Assembly: GCA_041691135.1 (NCBI GenBank)
Contig: JBEPVF010000001.1
Coordinates: 32,001-96,000 of the forward strand
DNA length: 64,000 bases
Reading direction: 5' to 3'
From: Candidatus Peribacteria bacterium
GTDB taxonomy: Bacteria; Patescibacteriota; Gracilibacteria; Peribacterales; Peribacteraceae
This document shows positions 58,488-64,000 of the stretch, piece after piece. Positions within the stretch are counted from its first letter, which is position 1. The number at the start of each line of letters is the position of its first letter. Position numbers and translations under genes: made by a program. A model generated the notes under the pieces. It was not told the origin of the DNA and ran no database searches. It saw only the letters and a program-made list of their open reading frames with translations.

Positions 58488-59633
58488 ATGGTCACATTCC
58501 ATCCTCCTGCTCTGCGGAGAAACAGCGGCGACAACGAACGTCGCGCCACGTGGCTCGAGCTCTTTTACGATTTGGTATTCGTCATCGCCGTCGCCCAGGT
58601 GAGCAGTCGCTTCGACCATGATCAGACGTTCCGCAGCATGCTGCACGACATCTTTATTTTCCTGCCGGTGTGGTGGGGCTGGGTCGGTTTCGTCATCTAT
58701 TCCAACCGTTTCGATACCGACGATCTGACGTACCGCGTGCTCACGTTGCTCCAGATGTTCGGCGCGCTCGCCATGGCGCTCACGTTGCACGGCGCACTCG
58801 AAGGCAGCGCACACGCCTTCGCATTGTCGTATATTTTCGTGCGTGTAATCCTCCTGATTTCGTATGCGCGTGCCTGGTGGTACGTACCGGAAGCGCGAAA
58901 GGTGACCTCCTTCTATTTACTCGGTTTCGGTACCGGCGTGGCTCTGTGGATTGCGTCGGAATTTCTGTCGGCGCCAGCCGAATTCTGGCTGTGGTTCGCA
59001 GGTCTCGGGCTCGACTTCGTTCTGCCCTGGATCGCCGTGCGATTGCTTTCCAAGACGCCGATCGATTCCAAACATCTGCCCGAGCGTTTCGGTCTCTTCA
59101 CCATTATCTTGCTCGGCGAACAAATGCTCGCCATCGCGCGATCCATTGTCGGCGAGCATTGGACGGAGCCGATCATCGTTGCGGGGATTGCCGCTTTCGT
59201 CATCGCTGCCTGCACGTGGTGGATTTACTTCGTGTATCTGGAATTCTGGCAACAGAGCTTATGCATGAACGGCGGCCAGCCGTTCATCTACGGACACTTG
59301 CCGCTGGCCGTCGGCCTCCTTATTTGCAGTGTGGCTGTTGAGCATGCGATACCCGAGGCCGCTGAACACCTTTCATCTTTTACCACCTATTTCATGGTGG
59401 GCGGTATGGCTCTCTGGCTCTCGGCCATTGCGCTCCTCGATGTAACCACCACGCATAGTCGTCAGTCCAACCTTTTCCCGTGGCCGCCTCTTGTAGCTGC
59501 TCTGTTGATGATTGTTCTGGCTTTGGTCGGTCATCTAACTTCCTCTATGACCCTCGCTGCCATCGCCGTGATCCTTCTGGCTTCCATTGTGATGGAAGAA
59601 TGGCGACTGCATGCGGTGGGATCGCATAGTTAA
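58488..59633 (+). CDS. Low temperature requirement protein A family membrane protein
   Basis: 'ATWLELFYDLVFV', 'HLPERFGLFTIILLGE', 'YGHLPL'. Confidence 0.92.
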   Translation: MVTFHPPALRRNSGDNERRATWLELFYDLVFVIAVAQVSSRFDHDQTFRSMLHDIFIFLPVWWGWVGFVIYSNRFDTDDLTYRVLTLLQMFGALAMALTLHGALEGSAHAFALSYIFVRVILLISYARAWWYVPEARKVTSFYLLGFGTGVALWIASEFLSAPAEFWLWFAGLGLDFVLPWIAVRLLSKTPIDSKHLPERFGLFTIILLGEQMLAIARSIVGEHWTEPIIVAGIAAFVIAACTWWIYFVYLEFWQQSLCMNGGQPFIYGHLPLAVGLLICSVAVEHAIPEAAEHLSSFTTYFMVGGMALWLSAIALLDVTTTHSRQSNLFPWPPLVAALLMIVLALVGHLTSSMTLAAIAVILLASIVMEEWRLHAVGSHS

Positions 59634-59808
59634 CCGCCGTCAAAATCGCTTAGCATCGCGAGGAAATCTGCTACCATAACGCGGCCTTAGGGCGATCTGT
59701 TCATTCTGTACAAAGTTGCCGACCAGCCTACGCTCTCTGGAGCTCTGGCCCGGCAGGCGTGGCTCATCCAAAAGGGCCATTCAGTATTTGTTCTTTCTTT
59801 ACAAAGTT

Positions 59809-59895
59809 GCCGACGTGGCGGAATTGGTAGACGCGCACGCTTCAGGAGCGTGTATCTTTACGGATGTGAGAGTTCGAGTCTCTCCGTCGGCACCA
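59809..59895 (+). tRNA. tRNA-Leu (anticodon CAG), CCA encoded
   Basis: GCCGACG/CGTCGGC acceptor stem, GGAATTGGTAGAC, CACGC-TTCAGGA-GCGTG, long variable arm, GTTCGAGTC, ACCA. Confidence 0.97.
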
Positions 59896-60011
59896 TTCGA
59901 CTCGCAGCCAGCAAGCTGGCGAGCTCGCTCATGGTAAACCACGATCTTTTCTTTCGAGCGAGTCGAATGACCCTGAGTGAGGAGCACCGCAGTGCGACGA
60001 ATCGAAGGGCC
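59894..60011. repeat. REP-like palindromic cluster between the tRNA and the GIY-YIG gene
   Basis: Perfect 12-bp inverted repeat CATTCGACTCGC (59894-59905) / GCGAGTCGAATG (59958-59969), inner hairpins, and CCCTGAG...TCGAAGGG. Confidence 0.65.
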
Positions 60012-60055
60012 CAACAAAACACTTACCAAACATTCATACTCACCAATTTTTAAAT

Positions 60056-60319
60056 ATGAACAAAGTCGAATGGTTTGTTTACATTGGACAAGTGCCAACT
60101 GGTAGATACTACACAGGTATCACTACTGATCTCAAACGACGCATTAAAGAACATAACTCTAATGAAGGGGCTAAATTTGCTCATGATCAAGGGGCATTGA
60201 GACTTGTCTATACTTCGCCGCCCTTTCCGGATCAGTCCTTTGCCCGCTATCGGGAAGCACAAATCAAAGGCTGGTCTCGAGCCAAGAAAGAAAAACTGAT
60301 TAGAGGTGAGTGGCAATAA
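60056..60319 (+). CDS. Stand-alone GIY-YIG nuclease (UPF0213-like)
   Basis: 'WFVYI...YYTGITTDLKRRIKEHN...GAKF...REAQIKGWSRAKKEKLI'. Confidence 0.93.
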   Translation: MNKVEWFVYIGQVPTGRYYTGITTDLKRRIKEHNSNEGAKFAHDQGALRLVYTSPPFPDQSFARYREAQIKGWSRAKKEKLIRGEWQ

Positions 60320-60489
60320 CTGCTAAATTTGTTTATCGGGTTAGCCTGTTTGGCTTTGGCAAGCTGGGAAGGGTGGAGTGTATGGCGTTCCTTCCGCAAG
60401 CTAAAGCAAAGGTGAGCGAAGTGGAAAGAGATATTTCGTTTGAGGGAAGCCAAAATACAAGCAGGTGAACTATCTGTTATACTTTCGAT

Positions 60490-62166
60490 ATGTCAATGAC
60501 ATGCAAACAATGCAGCAATGCGTTTATGGTGACGTCGGAAGATCTGACTTTGCTCGACAAGATGGCGCCTGTGTTTGAGGGGCAGAAGCAAAGTATCCCT
60601 GCTCCAACACTCTGTCCGCCTTGCCGCGAGCAGAGGCGATTGAGTTTTCGGAATCAGCAGACGTTATATCGCCGGCCGTGTGCGCTATGTGGTCAGAAGA
60701 TTATTGCTATCTACTCAGCCGAAAAGCCCCATGTCGTGTACTGCCCCACTTGTTGGTGGTCCGATAAATGGGACGGGCTCACGTTCGGCGCCGATGTTGA
60801 TCTAGAGGAATCTTTTTTCGATCAGTTTGTACGGCTCATGCAGAAAGTTCCGCACATTAGTGCGCTACAGGTGAATTGTCAGAATAGTGACTACACGAAC
60901 CAGTCATACAACAATCGTGATTCGTATCTGTCATCGGCCATCAAAGATTGCGACGCCGTACTCTACGTTCAAAACGCCAATAAGATTTCGGATTGTCTCG
61001 ATGCATCGTACTGCTTTGATTCCCAGTTGCTCTACGAATGCACTGATGTGTCCAATTCCTATGATTGCTTTTTCTTGCGCAATTGCATCCAGTGCACCGA
61101 GTCGCAATTTCTCTACGACTGCAACAGCTGTACCAATTGCTTCGGCTGCGTAGGGCTGCGCAATAAACAGTATCACTTCTTTAATCAGCCGCTCTCCAAA
61201 GATGAATACACGGCGAAGATTCAGGGGCTTCAGCTGCATACTTTTACGGGTATTCAGAGCGCAAAACGGAGTTTCGCCGAGTTTGCACTCAAGTTTCCAC
61301 ATGTCTATGCGTGGCTCAAAAACTGCGAGAATGTGACCGGAAACAATGTTCGTAACAGCAGCAACTGCGTTCAATGTTTCGATTCCACCGATCTGCAAGA
61401 TTGTCGGTACAGCACGTGGATTTTCGTCTGCAAAGACGCGATGGATTGCTATGGCATGGGTGAGAGCGAATTGGTCTACGACTGTGTCGGCGTCGAAGAG
61501 GTGCAGCATGTCGCTTTCAGTTTCGGTACAAGTTCCTCGCAAGATTGTTTCTATACCGATCTTTGTTTTTCCAGCAAAAATCTGTTCGGTTGCGTGGGTC
61601 TGCGCAATCAAAAATACTGCATTTTGAATAAACAATACTCGCAAGAAGAATACGAAACACTGGTACCGAAGATCATCGAACGCATGAAGCAGCGCGGCGA
61701 GTACGGTGAATTTTTTCCGGCATCCGTATCGGCATTTGCCTACAACGAAACTAAAGCACAGGAGGATTATCCGCTTACCAAAGGCGAGGCGATCGCCAAG
61801 GGCTTTCGTTGGAAAGACGACATCGACGAAATGCCGACGGTCGAGAAAATTATTCCTGCCGCAATGCTGCCGGATTCGATCGACGACATTCCCGAAGATA
61901 TTCTGAACTGGGCGATCCAGTGTGCCGACACACAGCGTCCGTTTCGCATTACAAAGAAGGAGCTGGAATTCTATCGTCAGCGGCGCCTGCCAGTTCCGCG
62001 GCTGCATCCGGATATCCGCCGCCGTCAGCGTACCGAAGCCCGAAACCCGCATCAGCTGCAAACGCGGCAGTGCGATAAGTGCCACAAAGAAATCCAGACG
62101 ACCTACGCCGCTGGTCGACCCGAGATCGTGTTCTGCGAAGAATGCTATTTGAAGGAGATGTACTAA
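60490..62166 (+). CDS. Large Cys-rich protein with zinc-ribbon-like CxxC pairs and beta-helix-like repeats
   Basis: CxxC at both ends; repeated 'C..CFGCVGLRN..Y..N..SK.EY' and short Cys/Ser/Asn repeats. Confidence 0.85.
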   Translation: MSMTCKQCSNAFMVTSEDLTLLDKMAPVFEGQKQSIPAPTLCPPCREQRRLSFRNQQTLYRRPCALCGQKIIAIYSAEKPHVVYCPTCWWSDKWDGLTFGADVDLEESFFDQFVRLMQKVPHISALQVNCQNSDYTNQSYNNRDSYLSSAIKDCDAVLYVQNANKISDCLDASYCFDSQLLYECTDVSNSYDCFFLRNCIQCTESQFLYDCNSCTNCFGCVGLRNKQYHFFNQPLSKDEYTAKIQGLQLHTFTGIQSAKRSFAEFALKFPHVYAWLKNCENVTGNNVRNSSNCVQCFDSTDLQDCRYSTWIFVCKDAMDCYGMGESELVYDCVGVEEVQHVAFSFGTSSSQDCFYTDLCFSSKNLFGCVGLRNQKYCILNKQYSQEEYETLVPKIIERMKQRGEYGEFFPASVSAFAYNETKAQEDYPLTKGEAIAKGFRWKDDIDEMPTVEKIIPAAMLPDSIDDIPEDILNWAIQCADTQRPFRITKKELEFYRQRRLPVPRLHPDIRRRQRTEARNPHQLQTRQCDKCHKEIQTTYAAGRPEIVFCEECYLKEMY

Positions 62167-62209
62167 TTGGCCCTTTCCGGTCGTTCGCTTCGTCCTTATA
62201 ATAGTTTAC

Positions 62210-62605
62210 ATGAAAGCCGCCATCGTTCTCGACGAGACACTGCCTCCGGGCCTACTCGCTAATGCCGCTGCCTGTATCACCACAGGAATTTTCCATGGTG
62301 CCGAAGAAGCATTAGGTGAGGAGATTGAAGGAGAGGATTGTACTTTCATATCGATCACCAAAATTGGCATTCCTGTTCTTCGTAAAGGGCACAAAGAGTT
62401 TGGTGAGTTACTTGAGCGCGCGAAAAATAATAATCTCAAGACAATGGTGTTCACACGTGAAGCACAATCAACGAATAGTTACGATGAATATGCTGAGCGC
62501 GTGCGCGGCAAGAAATTAGAAGATCTGACAATCATCGGCATCGGAGTACTTGGAGAAGATGCACTCGTGACAAAATTTGCGGGTGACCTGCCTCTGCTTC
62601 GCTAG
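62210..62605 (+). CDS. DUF2000 / PTH2-fold protein
   Basis: 'KAAIVLDETLPPGLLANAAAC', 'AQSTNSYDEY', 'GDLPLLR'. Confidence 0.8.
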   Translation: MKAAIVLDETLPPGLLANAAACITTGIFHGAEEALGEEIEGEDCTFISITKIGIPVLRKGHKEFGELLERAKNNNLKTMVFTREAQSTNSYDEYAERVRGKKLEDLTIIGIGVLGEDALVTKFAGDLPLLR

Positions 62606-62968
62606 CTACTTTGCGGGCACAAATCGCATCGACAAAGAATTCACACAATGACGTGTGTCTTTTTCTGTCATGCGTTCGCCCGTAAATACATGTCCCAAGT
62701 GCCCGCCACAATTCGCACACTCAATTTCGGTGCGCGAACCATCAGCATCAGGCAATTGTTTGACTGCTCCGGGAATCGCATCATCGAAAGCCGGCCATCC
62801 GCAGCCCGCATCAAACTTGTCGGTGGATCGATAGAGCTCCGCACCACAGCGCTTGCAGATGAATGTCCCTTTTTCGTCGAAATTATCGTATTCGCCAGTA
62901 AAAGGCGCTTCGGTTCCCTTATCTTCGATAATTCTCTTTTCCTCGTCAGTGAGCGGATTAATCGACAT
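62606..62968 (-). CDS. msrB: Peptide methionine-R-sulfoxide reductase
   Basis: 'GTEAPFTG', CxxC, 'GCGWPAF', 'HLGHVF', 'RHCVNS'. Confidence 0.97.
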   Translation of the reverse strand: MSINPLTDEEKRIIEDKGTEAPFTGEYDNFDEKGTFICKRCGAELYRSTDKFDAGCGWPAFDDAIPGAVKQLPDADGSRTEIECANCGGHLGHVFTGERMTEKDTRHCVNSLSMRFVPAK

Positions 62969-63035
62969 ATGTCCATTGTATCACAACACAGTGCGAGATA
63001 GTTGACCCTCTCCTAAGAAAAGGAACAATAGCTGC

Positions 63036-63566
63036 ATGTACCGACGGCAATCCAAAGTATCGAGCGAGATTGAAGACTTTCTCAGTGAACGCAGTCCTGA
63101 ATTTTTTGAACGCAAACGGGAACTCATCAATGCTGTTCACTTGAAAATATATGGACGTCCAAGGCGCCCCGGAGAAGACAAGGCAAATGTGTGTGGCTAC
63201 GTGGCATGTGCCGTACGTCATGGAGTGGCTCAATTAATGCCAGATCTACCTGTGAGGACTGTGTATGGCCAGTATGACAATCGACTTCCTCATTATTGGA
63301 ACGAAGTTGGTTGGCAGCGTGGTATGTATATCGACGGTGCACATGGGTATTTCAATCCGGAGTACGAGAATCAGTTTTTGATACTGCCGCGTGCACAGAT
63401 TGAATCGCTAAATTTGGAAGAGTACGAGGGTGGTGGGACATCGTTGGAAGATGCGATGAGAGAAACACTCCTGTTGCAACGACAGCATCCGTTCAAGGAT
63501 TACATGCGAGGCCAGCCCGAAATCATCGCTGCGTATCGTCGTCTGGTCGCATCCTTGCTTGCATGA
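63036..63566 (+). CDS. Hypothetical protein, possible transglutaminase/papain-like Cys-His-Asp fold
   Basis: 'NVCGYVA...PHYWNEV...YIDGA' spacing of Cys, His and Asp. Confidence 0.6.
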   Translation: MYRRQSKVSSEIEDFLSERSPEFFERKRELINAVHLKIYGRPRRPGEDKANVCGYVACAVRHGVAQLMPDLPVRTVYGQYDNRLPHYWNEVGWQRGMYIDGAHGYFNPEYENQFLILPRAQIESLNLEEYEGGGTSLEDAMRETLLLQRQHPFKDYMRGQPEIIAAYRRLVASLLA

Positions 63567-63581
63567 GGGTATCTTTGAGAT

Positions 63582-64000
63582 ATGAAACTGCGCCAGTACG
63601 TGCCGGCTCTCGTCATTATTGGCATCATCATTCTGCATGCAATGATCCTGCATTGGATGGGACGCATTCCCTGGTGCACCTGTGGTTTTGGGCTTTGGAC
63701 GAACAGCGGATGGAGTAACGAGACATCGCAGATGCTTGGGGATCCATATTCTTTTTCGCATGTGCTCCATGGCATTATTTTCTACGCAGTGCTGCGATTG
63801 ATAGCGCCCAAGCTGCCTGTGCGACAGCGTTTGATTCTCGCGGTGCTTATCGAAGTCGCATGGGAGATTACCGAGAATACACCTTTCATCATTGATCGAT
63901 ATCGCGCCGGAACAGCGTCGCTCGATTACACGGGTGACAGTATTCTCAATTCAGTCGGTGATGTGCTGTCGACGATGATAGGCTTCTGGATTGCAGCGCG
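63582..64000 (+). CDS. DUF2585 (UPF0314) membrane protein, partial
   Basis: Manual translation from ATG 63582: '...MGRIPWCTCG...SQMLGDPYSFSHVLHG...WEITENTPFIIDRYR...YTGDSILNS'; runs off the window. Confidence 0.9.
   Translation, partial: MKLRQYVPALVIIGIIILHAMILHWMGRIPWCTCGFGLWTNSGWSNETSQMLGDPYSFSHVLHGIIFYAVLRLIAPKLPVRQRLILAVLIEVAWEITENTPFIIDRYRAGTASLDYTGDSILNSVGDVLSTMIGFWIAA

Noticed and set aside
60931-62085. Long antisense ORFs (also 53590-54477, 10810-11511, 26201-26941, 21581-22384)
   Set aside because: They lie opposite well-supported genes and carry no motifs; these are expected shadows of codon bias.

Overview
Bacterial chromosomal segment of moderate GC content, using the standard code 11. 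The gene content suggests a Patescibacteria/CPR organism, most plausibly Peribacteria/Peregrinibacteria; this is an inference, not a database result. It rests on several SLH proteins, two sortases, cohesin/dockerin-like and pilin-like proteins, a large Cys-rich protein, and mostly pyrimidine-rich, SD-less start regions. Housekeeping and metabolic genes: holA, greA, carB, fumC, mnmA, prfA, purD, purF, folD, tmk, groES/EL with a CIRCE-like operator, proBCA, msrB, trhO, mscL and two tRNA-Leu. Accessory loci: a response regulator divergent from a MacAB-like ABC exporter; a P1B-5-type ATPase; a dockerin/cohesin-FN3/cupredoxin-like operon with sortase-like tails; a glycan locus (double GT2, GT-C+GH8 fusion, GH6, class F sortase); and a GIY-YIG gene with palindromes beside a tRNA. 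The most unusual structure is at 51.27-52.21 kb: three tandem ~330-350 bp units. They share a promoter-like segment, GTTGATC...GATCAAC end-pairing repeats, an SD-occluding leader hairpin and a GC-rich terminator, but each carries a different small two-TM protein. A family of degenerate 7-bp-periodic palindromic repeats is scattered between genes and has also inserted in frame into carB.
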